Made by a program: the position numbers and the translations under genes. A stretch of DNA of 61,992 nucleotides, filler included, from Candidatus Desantisbacteria bacterium CG1_02_49_89 (GTDB taxonomy: Bacteria; Desantisbacteria; UBA1551), in NCBI GenBank assembly GCA_001871075.1. It is 7 parts of 7 records of this genome, joined end to end, with 100 filler letters (N's around TTAATTAATTAA, not from the genome) between each part and the next. Parts side by side here need not be neighbours in the genome. Positions count along the whole stretch, not along the records: positions 23,076 to 32,885 come from MNUP01000081.1; positions 32,986 to 39,310 come from MNUP01000057.1; 5 more parts are not named here. The stretch is one strand, 5' to 3'. Below, piece after piece: positions 27,703 to 37,637 of this stretch. Position 1 is the first letter of the stretch, and every line of letters starts with the position of its first letter. The notes beneath the pieces were generated by a model. The model saw nothing but the letters and a program-made list of their open reading frames with translations, was not told the origin of the DNA and did no database searches.

Positions 27703-28170
27703 ATGATAATCAAGACACCAACGAAGTTTTTTCTGGTTTCCGGGATCGGTGAAGGGAACACCCCGCTGACGGCTTTTGACAAAGCGCTTCTCAACGCGGG
27801 GGTAGCGAATACGAACCTGCTCAAGGTTACGAGCATCCTGCCGCCCTCCTGCAAAGAGGTCAGGCCCTTCAGGCTGCCTTTCGGAGCCATTGTGCCGGTG
27901 GTCTACGCGCTGAAAATAAGTTCCACGAAAGACGAGCTTATAACAGCCACGGTGGGCATGGGAATACCCCAGGATGGGAAAAAACCGGGATTGATCATGG
28001 AATATTCGTGCATAGGCGGCAGGAAGGAATCGGAAAGGATCCTGTGCGAAATGGTCGAAGAAGGATTCGCGAACAGGAAAGAAAAACTGAAGAAGATCAA
28101 GCTGGCGTCAGCTGAATGCAGGGTGAAAAGGACCGGCGCCGCATGCGCTGTAGTAGTCCTGTGGGATTGA
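27703..28170 (+). CDS. Pyruvoyl-dependent arginine decarboxylase
   Basis: AFDKALLNAGVANTNLLKVTSILPP, GLIMEY; lies upstream of speE and speB. Confidence 0.88.
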   Translation: MIIKTPTKFFLVSGIGEGNTPLTAFDKALLNAGVANTNLLKVTSILPPSCKEVRPFRLPFGAIVPVVYALKISSTKDELITATVGMGIPQDGKKPGLIMEYSCIGGRKESERILCEMVEEGFANRKEKLKKIKLASAECRVKRTGAACAVVVLWD

Positions 28171-28339
28171 TGTCATAAATATACAAGTCAAAAGTCAAAA
28201 TGCATCCCCCCTTGCCCTGAATGGGCAAGCAGGGGGGATTTCGCTACCAGCTCAAAAAGTCAAAATTAAGGAATTTTCTTCTGAAATTTTAGTTTGAAAC
28301 TCTGATACTATGATACTATGACACTATGACACTTTTATC

Positions 28340-29188
28340 ATGGAGGACTGGATGGACTTGTGGTTTTACGAGAAACACATACCCGGAACAGGCATTACGC
28401 TGAATGTCAAGGATATCCTTTACCATAAGAGGAGCAGGTATCAGGACGTAGCGATCGTGGATACCGCGGATTTCGGCAGGATGATGGTCATAGACGGCAT
28501 GGTTATGCTGACCGAAAGAGATGAGTTTGTCTATCACGACATGCTTACCCACGTTCCGCTTTTTGTGCACCCGAAGGCGGAAAACGTGCTTGTCATAGGA
28601 GGGGGGGACGGGGGAACTGTAAGGGAACTGGTCAAACACAGGAATATAAAAAAAATAACAATGGTGGAGATTGACAGAGATGTCATAAAAGCATCCCTGA
28701 AATATCTTCCTTCCCTGAGCCGCAGTCTTAAGAACCGCCGGGTCCGCCTTATAATAGATGACGGGCTCAAATACGTCCGTAGGCACAGGAACAGCTTTGA
28801 CGTGATAATACTTGATTCTTCAGACCCCGTTGGCCCGGCAAAAGGGCTTTTTTCCCTGAAATTCTTCAGGGACATCTACAAATGCCTTAAGAAGGACGGG
28901 ATAATGGTAGCTCAGACCGAATCCCCCTTCATGTATGAAAAAGTGATAAGGGAAACATACCGCGTGCTGAGAAGGGTTTTTCCGGTAGCGCGTATGTATT
29001 ACGCCCCCATACCCACATATCCGTCAGGAGTCTGGAGTTTCGCCTTTGCAGGCAAAAGGTATGATCCGGTCATGAATTTTGACATTAAGCGGGCGGTAAA
29101 AAGGGGTTTCAAGACAAAGTATTACAACGAAGACGTGCACAGGGGCGCGTTCATGCTCCCCGAATTCATGAAAAATCTTATAAGATAA
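28340..29188 (+). CDS. speE: Polyamine aminopropyltransferase (spermidine synthase)
   Basis: VLVIGGGDGG, MVEID, DVIILDSSDPVGP, IPTYPSG. Confidence 0.95.
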   Translation: MEDWMDLWFYEKHIPGTGITLNVKDILYHKRSRYQDVAIVDTADFGRMMVIDGMVMLTERDEFVYHDMLTHVPLFVHPKAENVLVIGGGDGGTVRELVKHRNIKKITMVEIDRDVIKASLKYLPSLSRSLKNRRVRLIIDDGLKYVRRHRNSFDVIILDSSDPVGPAKGLFSLKFFRDIYKCLKKDGIMVAQTESPFMYEKVIRETYRVLRRVFPVARMYYAPIPTYPSGVWSFAFAGKRYDPVMNFDIKRAVKRGFKTKYYNEDVHRGAFMLPEFMKNLIR

Positions 29189-29349
29189 ACCACGGAGGCA
29201 CGGAGACACAGAGAATTGCTTTAAATATATTCCTTGCTTTTGATTCATAACTCATAATTCATAATTTTGCCCTTTGGGCAACATTCTCGTGCTGTTTTAC
29301 CGAGTGTTTTCGAATTCCATAATTCTTAAATTAACATCGAGAGCAAACA

Positions 29350-30150
29350 GTGAAAAAGATAACTATATTCGGGTGTCCTTTTGACAGGACATCATCATGT
29401 AAAAAAGGTTCGCGTTTTGCCCCCCGTGAAATAAGGCGGATCATGAATGACGTTGAAGATTATTCGCCTTATTTTGACCGGGATCTGAGGGATATAAAGT
29501 TCCGGGATGACGGGGACCTTGATATTTCAAGAATGCCTATGGAAAAAGCGCTGCAGGTTATAGAAAGCAAGGCCAGGGATATTCTAAAGGAAGGGGGCCT
29601 GCCTTTCGCGCTGGGAGGAGAGCATACTGTCAGCGTGGGTGCCGTAAGGGCGCTTAAAAGCAGGCACGCGGACCTGAAGGTTATCTGCCTGGACGCGCAC
29701 TGCGACCTTAAGGATTCTTACTACGGCCAGAAAATGTGCCATGCGACAGCCTCAAGGCGGATGATGGACCTGGTCGGCGAGAGATCGCTTTTCATTTTCG
29801 GCGCAAGGTCAGGCGTAAGGGAGGAGTTTGAATTCGCAAGGAAAAGGAAAATGGCCTTTGATTTTTCCGCGGCACTGCTGGGGAAAGTCGTCAGATCTGT
29901 TTCCGGAAGTCCCGTGTATATTTCGGTTGACCTGGATGTTTTTGACCCGGGTGTTTTCCCCGGGACAGGCGTTGCCGAGCCGGGAGGCATAGGCCTGCCG
30001 GACTTCATCAAGGCACTAAAGCTTTTTTCGGATTTGAATATTGCGGGGATGGACGCGGTGGAACTCTCGCCTCCCTGCGACCCAAGCGAAGCTTCAACTT
30101 TTCTTGCCGCGACCGCTGTAAGGGAAATGCTGCTGATGGCAGGCAGCTGA
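29350..30150 (+). CDS. speB: Agmatinase
   Basis: GGEHTVS, DAHCDL, SVDLDVFDP, PGTGVAEPGG. Confidence 0.92.
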   Translation: MKKITIFGCPFDRTSSCKKGSRFAPREIRRIMNDVEDYSPYFDRDLRDIKFRDDGDLDISRMPMEKALQVIESKARDILKEGGLPFALGGEHTVSVGAVRALKSRHADLKVICLDAHCDLKDSYYGQKMCHATASRRMMDLVGERSLFIFGARSGVREEFEFARKRKMAFDFSAALLGKVVRSVSGSPVYISVDLDVFDPGVFPGTGVAEPGGIGLPDFIKALKLFSDLNIAGMDAVELSPPCDPSEASTFLAATAVREMLLMAGS

Positions 30151-30410
30151 TTACCTGAAAACAGTATCAAGAGTCAAGTATCAAGTTTAGCCTCAATTAT
30201 GAATTATGAGTTATGAATTATGAATCAACAGCATAGATTTTTATTGTCCCGAAGGGATCCCTTTGGGATAACTCAGGGCTTCAGCCCTGATGTATCTAAA
30301 CAGTGTTCACCTGTGTTCACCCGTGGTTTATTAAAGTAGCTTAAATAAACCTTTTAAAGAATAATAGCATCTAACTATATAGGAGCCGATTTCTTCTCGA
30401 AGGAGGTAAA

Positions 30411-31955
30411 ATGAGAAAATTAGCGGGTATCCTGGTTTTATCCGGTATCATGTTGTTATGCATATTGGCAAATGCCGCGGAAAGGGCCGCCGTGATCACG
30501 CTGGTCAAAGGGACCGTTGAAGTGCAGAAATCTGGGGAAAACTCCTGGAAAAAAGCCGCGGTCAAAATGGAGTTGAAAGTAAACGACAAGGTATCCACGA
30601 AAAAAGGTTCCAGGTGCGAGCTTGCCCTTGATGATGGGACCGTGTTAAAACTGCGCGAGAATTCACTAATGCAGATCAACGAGATGAGTGAGGAAAATGA
30701 GACCAGGAAAAAATCATCCGTGCTCAAGCTGATAACAGGCAAGCTCTGGGCTAAAGCTGAGCCTCAGGGCGGTTCAAAATTTGAAGTTGTTACGCCTGCT
30801 GCCATAGTGGGCATCCGCGGGACGGAATTCGCGATAATCGTTCTTCTGGACGGGGGCAGCGAAGTGCTCGTGTTCAAGGGAAGCGTTGAGATAAAGACTT
30901 TGCAAGAAGCCATACAGGAGATAAAAACAACCCTTGTGGAAGCCGGAAAGGCACTCGGCATCAAAGCCAGCGGTGAAGAAGGCTTTGTCAGGGAACTGAC
31001 CCCGCAGGAACAGCAGGACTGGCAGAAGTTTATAGAGGGCAAGAAGATCTACATCATTAACCCGGTCACAGATGACGAAAGGGACGGCCTTAAAAAGGAC
31101 ATAGCCAAGGCGAAAAAGAATTTCTTTGAGAACCGCAAGTTCGCCTACGCGGTAAGGGACGCGGACCTTTCAGCGGGCAAAACTGTTCTTGACCACGAGA
31201 AAAGGGTGACAAGGGTCCAGCAGTACCTTATGCGGCCTTCCCCGACAATCTTAAGATTTTTAAACCTGAATTTCAGGCCGGGCCAGACCGAGCAATGGGC
31301 ATTCCATTACTGGCAGAACGACTGGTATTTCACGAACCCGCTGCCACCATCGCTTATTGGTATGATAGCGTCCTTAGCGGATCCCAGGGCTAATATCCTT
31401 ATTAAGAGAGAGTCGCTTTTTGCCAATAACGCGCCTGACAAGAGCAGGGACGAATTACTTATCGGATGGGATGTTAATTACAACCAGAATGAGGGCAACT
31501 ATTTTAAATTCAACAAAACGCCTATTAGTTTTGACGTGAACCATATAAGCACTGAGGGAGAACCGCAGATAGACCTGGTTTTGGAAATGTCTGATCAAAG
31601 GTTTTCCAGCATAGGCAGAGTGTATTTTACTGACGGCACAGCAGGTACCGGCGTAGCTGGAACGATGGATTTAGGGATGTATATAATAAACAACGCGGGA
31701 AACGTCCTGGGAGCGGGTAATTTTCAAAGCGCGGATGCCTCTAAACTATTTGAATGGAGGAACAACATCAACTTTGAAATGGTTCTGGACCTCAGGAGCA
31801 TGTCCAACATTAAGGCGCTTAAGAACGGCGGGGTCATAGACGTTGTGATAATTCCGGACATCATTTACGCCGGCATTGATAAAATTTTGGGTGATATAGG
31901 GCAGATAATGATCCAGTTCGAGAACCAGAACACCGGCGGGCCGTCGGGCAGTTGA
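30411..31955 (+). CDS. Secreted FecR-domain protein
   Basis: Signal peptide; DDGTVLKLRENS...FEVVTPAAIVGIRGTEF. Confidence 0.8.
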   Translation: MRKLAGILVLSGIMLLCILANAAERAAVITLVKGTVEVQKSGENSWKKAAVKMELKVNDKVSTKKGSRCELALDDGTVLKLRENSLMQINEMSEENETRKKSSVLKLITGKLWAKAEPQGGSKFEVVTPAAIVGIRGTEFAIIVLLDGGSEVLVFKGSVEIKTLQEAIQEIKTTLVEAGKALGIKASGEEGFVRELTPQEQQDWQKFIEGKKIYIINPVTDDERDGLKKDIAKAKKNFFENRKFAYAVRDADLSAGKTVLDHEKRVTRVQQYLMRPSPTILRFLNLNFRPGQTEQWAFHYWQNDWYFTNPLPPSLIGMIASLADPRANILIKRESLFANNAPDKSRDELLIGWDVNYNQNEGNYFKFNKTPISFDVNHISTEGEPQIDLVLEMSDQRFSSIGRVYFTDGTAGTGVAGTMDLGMYIINNAGNVLGAGNFQSADASKLFEWRNNINFEMVLDLRSMSNIKALKNGGVIDVVIIPDIIYAGIDKILGDIGQIMIQFENQNTGGPSGS

Positions 31956-32066
31956 TGATTCAGTGTCAAGTGTCAAGTGTCAAGAGTCAAGTTTGAAGCT
32001 AAAATATTTCTCTGTGTCTCCGTGTCTCTGTGGTAATTTTTATAGAAATTTAATATGGAGAAAGAT

Positions 32067-32831
32067 ATGAGAAGAAATTTAACAGCGTGCTTTTTCCTTT
32101 TTGTTTTATTATTGTTGCCGGCCGGAAGGCTGGGGGCGCAGGATATGAGTTCAATACCATCCTGGGCTATAGAGCTTCTTTCTGACATGGCCCTATATCC
32201 TGACCAGTATGTGATGGGCATCGGCAACGCGGCCACGCCGACCCCCATCGTTGTCTCTCCTGAAAAAAGGTTCCAGGCAAACGTTATTTTCTGCCCGCTC
32301 GTCGGTTTTATACCCGCTGTCGGAGCTGTCGGTTTCGATATGAAGTTCAATCTTATACCTGAAGAGGAAGTAATGCCGGAACTGACCCTTGGCGGAGGGT
32401 ACTGGAACTGGTACCTTTTAAGCGCGGTGAAAGCGGCAAGCAAAGGCCAGATCGATATGACCATGTGGGGGTATAACCTCAGCGCCATGATCACCAAGAC
32501 CACGGCGGAGAAGATACGCTACCATATCGGCGTCCAGTACAGCAAGACAGACGGAGGCGTTGCCGTAAATATGTCAGGCGGGGGCACAATCCCCATGCCT
32601 TTTCCTACCTCCATTTCTATGAAGACCGAGAAATTCGACCTGCTTACCGGCGTCAGCTACGCGCTCACGGACAAGAACAACGCGTATTTTCTGATAGGTT
32701 ACGATTGTATGCGTTCCGAAGTTTTCGAAAGGATCGGTTTTGTTTTCGGAGGGTTCGTCGTGCAGGTTGGTATGTATCCCAGCAGCAAGTTCGCGATAAT
32801 ACCGTCGCTTGAGTGGGCGATCATCTTTTAA
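32067..32831 (+). CDS. Putative outer-membrane beta-barrel protein
   Basis: Signal peptide, alternating amphipathic strands, C-terminal Phe. Confidence 0.6.
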   Translation: MRRNLTACFFLFVLLLLPAGRLGAQDMSSIPSWAIELLSDMALYPDQYVMGIGNAATPTPIVVSPEKRFQANVIFCPLVGFIPAVGAVGFDMKFNLIPEEEVMPELTLGGGYWNWYLLSAVKAASKGQIDMTMWGYNLSAMITKTTAEKIRYHIGVQYSKTDGGVAVNMSGGGTIPMPFPTSISMKTEKFDLLTGVSYALTDKNNAYFLIGYDCMRSEVFERIGFVFGGFVVQVGMYPSSKFAIIPSLEWAIIF

Positions 32832-32985
32832 AACAGTGTCAAAGTATCAGAGTATCGTAGGGCAAGCCTTTAGGCTTGCGATCAGNNNNNNNNNNNNNNN
32901 NNNNNNNNNNNNNNNNNNNNNNNNNNNNNTTAATTAATTAANNNNNNNNNNNNNNNNNNNNNNNNNNNNNNNNNNNNNNNNNNNN

Positions 32986-33081
32986 ACCTAAAAATCGAGA
33001 TTGCCACGCTCCCTTTGGTCGCTCGCAATGACAACTCAAAGCAGAATCAAATGTCAAGGGATTTATGCGACACCATACTAG
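32986..33081 (-). mobile_element. Partial copy of the 1-168 MITE
   Basis: Reverse complement of ~1-95, ending GACACCATACTAG. Confidence 0.8.
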
Positions 33082-33169
33082 ATCAAGGATTTATTTGAAT
33101 AAAATTCCTTCATCCAGGATCCAGGATCCAGGATCCAGTATCCAGCATCTTTTTGGAGTTGGGACAGAG

Positions 33170-34432
33170 ATGGAAGAATTTAGAAACGCCTTAAAAAGAT
33201 ATATGGCAGTCAGGCTGATCGTGACCACGGTTATACTGCTGGTGGCTGTTTTTACCGTGGATTCCAGCGTCAGGGTGCCTTTTATCGCCCTGGTGGGCAT
33301 CGCGTATGCAGCCGGGATCGTATACACCATTCTGCTTAAGCGGGGGAAGCACCTTAAGGTGCTTGCCTACCTGCAGATAATTGTGGATGTCGTGATCGTC
33401 AGCGCCTTCGTGTCGATCACGCAGAGCGTTTACAGCACCTTTACTTTCCTTTACGTGCTCTGTATACTGGCAGCAGGGGTCCTGCTGACATTCCAGGGCT
33501 GCATAATGACCGCAACCCTTTCAAGCGTTCTGTACAGCGGCATTATCTTCCTGGAATACCGGGGGCTTTTTAACCCGCCTCCGTTCACGGGCCTGGAAGG
33601 CAAAGATTTTTATAATATTTTTTTCTCGGTATATGCGAAGATATGCGCTTTTTACTTTGTGGCATTCCTAAGCGCGTCTCTTGCGGTGGGTTCCAAGAAA
33701 AGGAGCGAAAGGTTTGAGAAGGACATGATGAGGGCTGATAAACTTTCGTCCCTGGGCCAGCTTTCCGCTTCGCTTATCCACGAGGTTAAAAATCCGCTTT
33801 CCGCAATAAAGTCTTCAGCCGAATACCTTCAGAAGGAACACAGGGGTGATATTTACACAAGCAAACTACTGGAGATAATAGCGCAGGAAACAAGAAGGCT
33901 TGATCAGCTGATCTCCCAGTTCCTGAATTTTACGCGTTCGGGCACCGAGATCAATGATTCCTGCCGGCTTACCAAGATCCTTGAGGACACACTGCTGTTG
34001 CTCAAAGGCCCTATTTCCAAAAACATAAAGATCACAAAGGATGTCGGGCTGGATCTGAAAATAAAAGGGAGCCCGGAACAGATAAAGCAGGTTTTTCTCA
34101 ATATTATGCTCAACGGGCTGCAGGCAATGCCTTCCGGTGGTGAGATGAAGATCAGGGCAAGCCTGACCAACGGCCAGGCCAGCCCGGGCAGGAAAACGGT
34201 CAGGATAGATTTCAGCGATACGGGATGCGGTATCCCGGGCGGGGACCTTCGGAAAATATTCGAGCCATTCTATACGACGCGCGATAACGGAACGGGCCTG
34301 GGGCTTGCGATCGTCAAGCGTATAGTGGAACAGAACGGCGGCACCATAGATGCCGCCAGCGAAGTGGGCAGGGGAACGACATTCAGCATATGCATTCCCC
34401 TGGCAGATGAAAGCGCGGGAGCGGTTAACTGA
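33170..34432 (+). CDS. PilS-like membrane sensor histidine kinase
   Basis: Multiple TM helices; HEVKNPL H-box, QVFLNIMLNG, DTGCGI, GTGLGL. Confidence 0.88.
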   Translation: MEEFRNALKRYMAVRLIVTTVILLVAVFTVDSSVRVPFIALVGIAYAAGIVYTILLKRGKHLKVLAYLQIIVDVVIVSAFVSITQSVYSTFTFLYVLCILAAGVLLTFQGCIMTATLSSVLYSGIIFLEYRGLFNPPPFTGLEGKDFYNIFFSVYAKICAFYFVAFLSASLAVGSKKRSERFEKDMMRADKLSSLGQLSASLIHEVKNPLSAIKSSAEYLQKEHRGDIYTSKLLEIIAQETRRLDQLISQFLNFTRSGTEINDSCRLTKILEDTLLLLKGPISKNIKITKDVGLDLKIKGSPEQIKQVFLNIMLNGLQAMPSGGEMKIRASLTNGQASPGRKTVRIDFSDTGCGIPGGDLRKIFEPFYTTRDNGTGLGLAIVKRIVEQNGGTIDAASEVGRGTTFSICIPLADESAGAVN

Positions 34433-35847
34433 TGAAGGACAGGGTGCTTGTTCTTGATGATAATGAGGGCATAAGGAATTTGCTTACGCTGATCCTGGGA
34501 AAGAACGGCTATGAAGTTTCGGCCGCGGAGAACGGGAAAAAAGGCATTGATATAATGTCAAGGGACGGCGCCGATATAGTTGTTACCGACCTGCACATGC
34601 CGGAGATGGACGGCCTTCAGACCCTGAAAGAAATACTGAAAATTAATCCCGAAGCTGTCGTTATAATGATGACGGTTGACAAGTCGATAAAAAAAGCAGT
34701 AGAGGCTATGAAAGAAGGCGCATACGATTACATTGCCAAAGACGGTGAAGACGGGATAGACCCGGAAGAGATGATGCTGGTCATTGAAAGGGGATTGAAG
34801 GAAGCAAGGCTCAGGCAGGAGAATGTTTTTTTAAGGGAAGAACTGCGTAAAAAAGCTGATTTTTCGAAAATAATAGGCAACAGCCCCGAGATAAAAGAGC
34901 TGTTCCGGACCGTGAAAAGGATCGCGGATATAGATTCGACGGTGCTTATTTCAGGCGAGAGCGGAACGGGCAAGGAGCTTATCGCTCAGGCGATCCATTA
35001 CAGCGGCATAAGAACGGCGCACCCTTTCGTTACCATAAACTGCAGCGCCCTGCCGGAAACCCTGCTTGAAAGCGAATTATTCGGGCACGAGAGGGGGGCG
35101 TTTACCGGGGCGGCGGATTCCAAAAAAGGGCTTTTCGAGATCGGGGATAAAGGCACTGTTTTCATGGATGAGATCGGCGAGATGCCGCTTTCGATACAAT
35201 CAAAGGTCCTGAGGGTCCTTGAGGAAAAAGAGTTCAGGAAGGTCGGCGGCACCAAGAATATCAAGGTCGATGCCAGGGTGGTGGCGGCTACCAACAGGAA
35301 TTTGCAGCAGCTCATAAAAGAGGGAAAGTTCAGGGAGGACCTTTTTTACCGCCTGAACGTGATCCCGATAAGCCTTACCCCGCTGAGGCAAAAGACCGGG
35401 GACATACCCCTGCTTATCAGGCACTTTATAGAAAAACATAACAAGCTCCTTCACAAGAAGATCAGGGGGATCCGCGAAGAAGCAGTCATGGTATTGGAAG
35501 AATACCCCTGGCCGGGTAACGTAAGGGAGCTTGAAAACCTTATCGAACGCATAATCACGCTGATAGACGAAGGTAAAGAATTTATAGCCGTTGAAGACCT
35601 GCCTTCTGAGTTCAGGGCAGCCGAGAATCCCCGTGGTGTCCTTGATGGGGGGGCGGCAGTTCCTGGACCGGAAGGAGCGATCGATTTCAAAGCCCTTGTG
35701 GGCAGCTACGAAAAGAAGATCATAAGCGCGGTGCTTGGCAGGACGCGCAGGAAAAAAGAAGCGGCAAAAATGCTTGGGCTGAACCCGCGCATGCTCCGTT
35801 ACCTTGTCAAGAAATATGGACTGGGAAATGAAGGCAAACCTGGCTAA
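34432..35847 (+). CDS. Sigma54-dependent response regulator (PilR/NtrC family)
   Basis: Receiver domain, GESGTGKE, GAFTGA, WPGNVREL, C-terminal HTH. Confidence 0.93.
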   Translation: MKDRVLVLDDNEGIRNLLTLILGKNGYEVSAAENGKKGIDIMSRDGADIVVTDLHMPEMDGLQTLKEILKINPEAVVIMMTVDKSIKKAVEAMKEGAYDYIAKDGEDGIDPEEMMLVIERGLKEARLRQENVFLREELRKKADFSKIIGNSPEIKELFRTVKRIADIDSTVLISGESGTGKELIAQAIHYSGIRTAHPFVTINCSALPETLLESELFGHERGAFTGAADSKKGLFEIGDKGTVFMDEIGEMPLSIQSKVLRVLEEKEFRKVGGTKNIKVDARVVAATNRNLQQLIKEGKFREDLFYRLNVIPISLTPLRQKTGDIPLLIRHFIEKHNKLLHKKIRGIREEAVMVLEEYPWPGNVRELENLIERIITLIDEGKEFIAVEDLPSEFRAAENPRGVLDGGAAVPGPEGAIDFKALVGSYEKKIISAVLGRTRRKKEAAKMLGLNPRMLRYLVKKYGLGNEGKPG

Positions 35848-36352
35848 TATCCTCACATTCTCAAGGATGATGCTTGCAGTCCCCGCGGTGTTCTTTCTCC
35901 TGAAAGACGGTCCGCATTACCACCTGCTGGCCCTTCTTTTTTTCTCGGCGGCTTCCGTTACTGATTTTCTTGACGGATACGCAGCCAGGGTCCAGGGAAC
36001 GGTTTCCGAGTTCGGAGGCAAGCTTGACCCTTTCGCGGACAAAGTCCTTGTTATTTCCGCGATGCTGGGATTCGCCGTTCTGGGGCAGGTTCCCCTGTGG
36101 ATGGTCATTGTGATGATCGCAAGGGACGTGGTAGTGACAATTCTAAGGTCAAGAAGCGCGCGCAAATTTGCGCCCGGAATTCTGGCCAAGTCCAAAACAG
36201 CCCTGCAGATGTCAGCGGTAGTTTTTCTGATGCTGATGAGGTGGCTGGGAGCAGGGAACGGCACGTTCCGGGGAATCATATATCCCGTGATGCTGGGCGT
36301 TACGGTAATTACCGTTGCTTCAGGCCTGGAATATGTTTTCAGGAGAAGCTGA
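35828..36352 (+). CDS. pgsA: CDP-diacylglycerol--glycerol-3-phosphate 3-phosphatidyltransferase
   Basis: TDFLDGYAAR...FGGKLDPFADK. Confidence 0.9.
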   Translation: MKANLANILTFSRMMLAVPAVFFLLKDGPHYHLLALLFFSAASVTDFLDGYAARVQGTVSEFGGKLDPFADKVLVISAMLGFAVLGQVPLWMVIVMIARDVVVTILRSRSARKFAPGILAKSKTALQMSAVVFLMLMRWLGAGNGTFRGIIYPVMLGVTVITVASGLEYVFRRS

Positions 36353-37581
36353 TGCAGGCATCTCTCATAGTGACAGGCAATGAAATCCTGCTTGGCGGCG
36401 CAGTGGATACAAACGGCGCGTTTATCGGAAGAAGGCTGCACCAGTCAGGTATCGAACCGGTCTTAAAGATCTCTGTTCCTGATACTGAAAAAGAAATAGC
36501 GGGCGCCATCGGTAAGGCGTTCAGGAAAACATCGCTTATCCTGGTTACGGGAGGCCTGGGTCCCACAAGAGACGATGTAACCAGGGAGGCGGTCGCGGGT
36601 TTTACCGGGAAAAGGCTTGTGTTTCGCAGAGAATTGTTGAAAAATATAAAAGCGTTCTTTAACAAAAGAGGTATGGAGATGCCGCCCATAAGCAGCAGGC
36701 AGGCTTTTCTTCCTGCAGGGGCCGCAGCTGTCCGCAACAGGTTCGGGACCGCGCCCGGTTTCATACTCAGGCACAAGGGAAGGATCATTGTGGTCCTGCC
36801 CGGACCGCCCAGGGAAATGAAACCCATGCTGGAAAGCCTTGTGCCTTTTTTCCGCAGCATTGCAGGCCGGAAATACGCATACAGGGTCCTGAAAACATAC
36901 GGGATAGGGGAATCGGTTATCGAGGAAACTCTCGCAGACATAAAAAACAGCAGGGATCTCGAAATAGGGTTTCAGGCGCATCCCGGGCAGGTAGACATCA
37001 AGATCACAGCAAGGGCGGCGAACGCCGGCCTTGCCGATAAAAAAGTAGATGAGGTTAAACGCCTGATCTCGGGCAGGCTGGGAAGGAACATAATGGGCAG
37101 CGGTGATATCAGCTTTGAGGGGATCGCCGGCTCGCTGCTTAAAAGAAAAAGAAAAACCCTGGCGGTCGCGGAGTCATGCACCGGCGGGCTGGTCTCAAAC
37201 CTTATAACAAATGTCCCCGGGTCTTCGGACTATTTTCAGGGCGGTGTTGTGAGCTACAGCAATGAAATGAAGATGAAAATACTGGGCGTGCCGCAGCCCA
37301 TCCTGAAAAAATTTGGCGCGGTAAGCGGTCAGGCAGCGGGGAAAATGGCAGAAGGCATTAGGAGGGTCGCGGGTACTGATTACGGCCTGGGTATAACAGG
37401 TATTGCCGGGCCTTCAGGCGCGACCAGGAACAAGCCGGCAGGCCTTGTTTATATAGCGCTTGCATCAGCGGGCAGGCTTAACGCTGAGAAACACAATTTT
37501 TACGGGGAAAGAGCAGAGGTTAAGGAAAGAACCGCGCGTGCCGCGCTTCTGATGCTGATAAACCATCTTAAAAATTTGTAA
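36352..37581 (+). CDS. cinA: Competence/damage-inducible protein CinA
   Basis: GNEILLG, TGGLGPTRDD, LPGPPREM, AESCTGG, ITGIAGP. Confidence 0.93.
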   Translation: MQASLIVTGNEILLGGAVDTNGAFIGRRLHQSGIEPVLKISVPDTEKEIAGAIGKAFRKTSLILVTGGLGPTRDDVTREAVAGFTGKRLVFRRELLKNIKAFFNKRGMEMPPISSRQAFLPAGAAAVRNRFGTAPGFILRHKGRIIVVLPGPPREMKPMLESLVPFFRSIAGRKYAYRVLKTYGIGESVIEETLADIKNSRDLEIGFQAHPGQVDIKITARAANAGLADKKVDEVKRLISGRLGRNIMGSGDISFEGIAGSLLKRKRKTLAVAESCTGGLVSNLITNVPGSSDYFQGGVVSYSNEMKMKILGVPQPILKKFGAVSGQAAGKMAEGIRRVAGTDYGLGITGIAGPSGATRNKPAGLVYIALASAGRLNAEKHNFYGERAEVKERTARAALLMLINHLKNL

Positions 37582-37637
37582 TTTATCCCAAAGGGATCTC
37601 TTCGGGACAATCTGAAATGAAGGAATAGAAACCTGAA

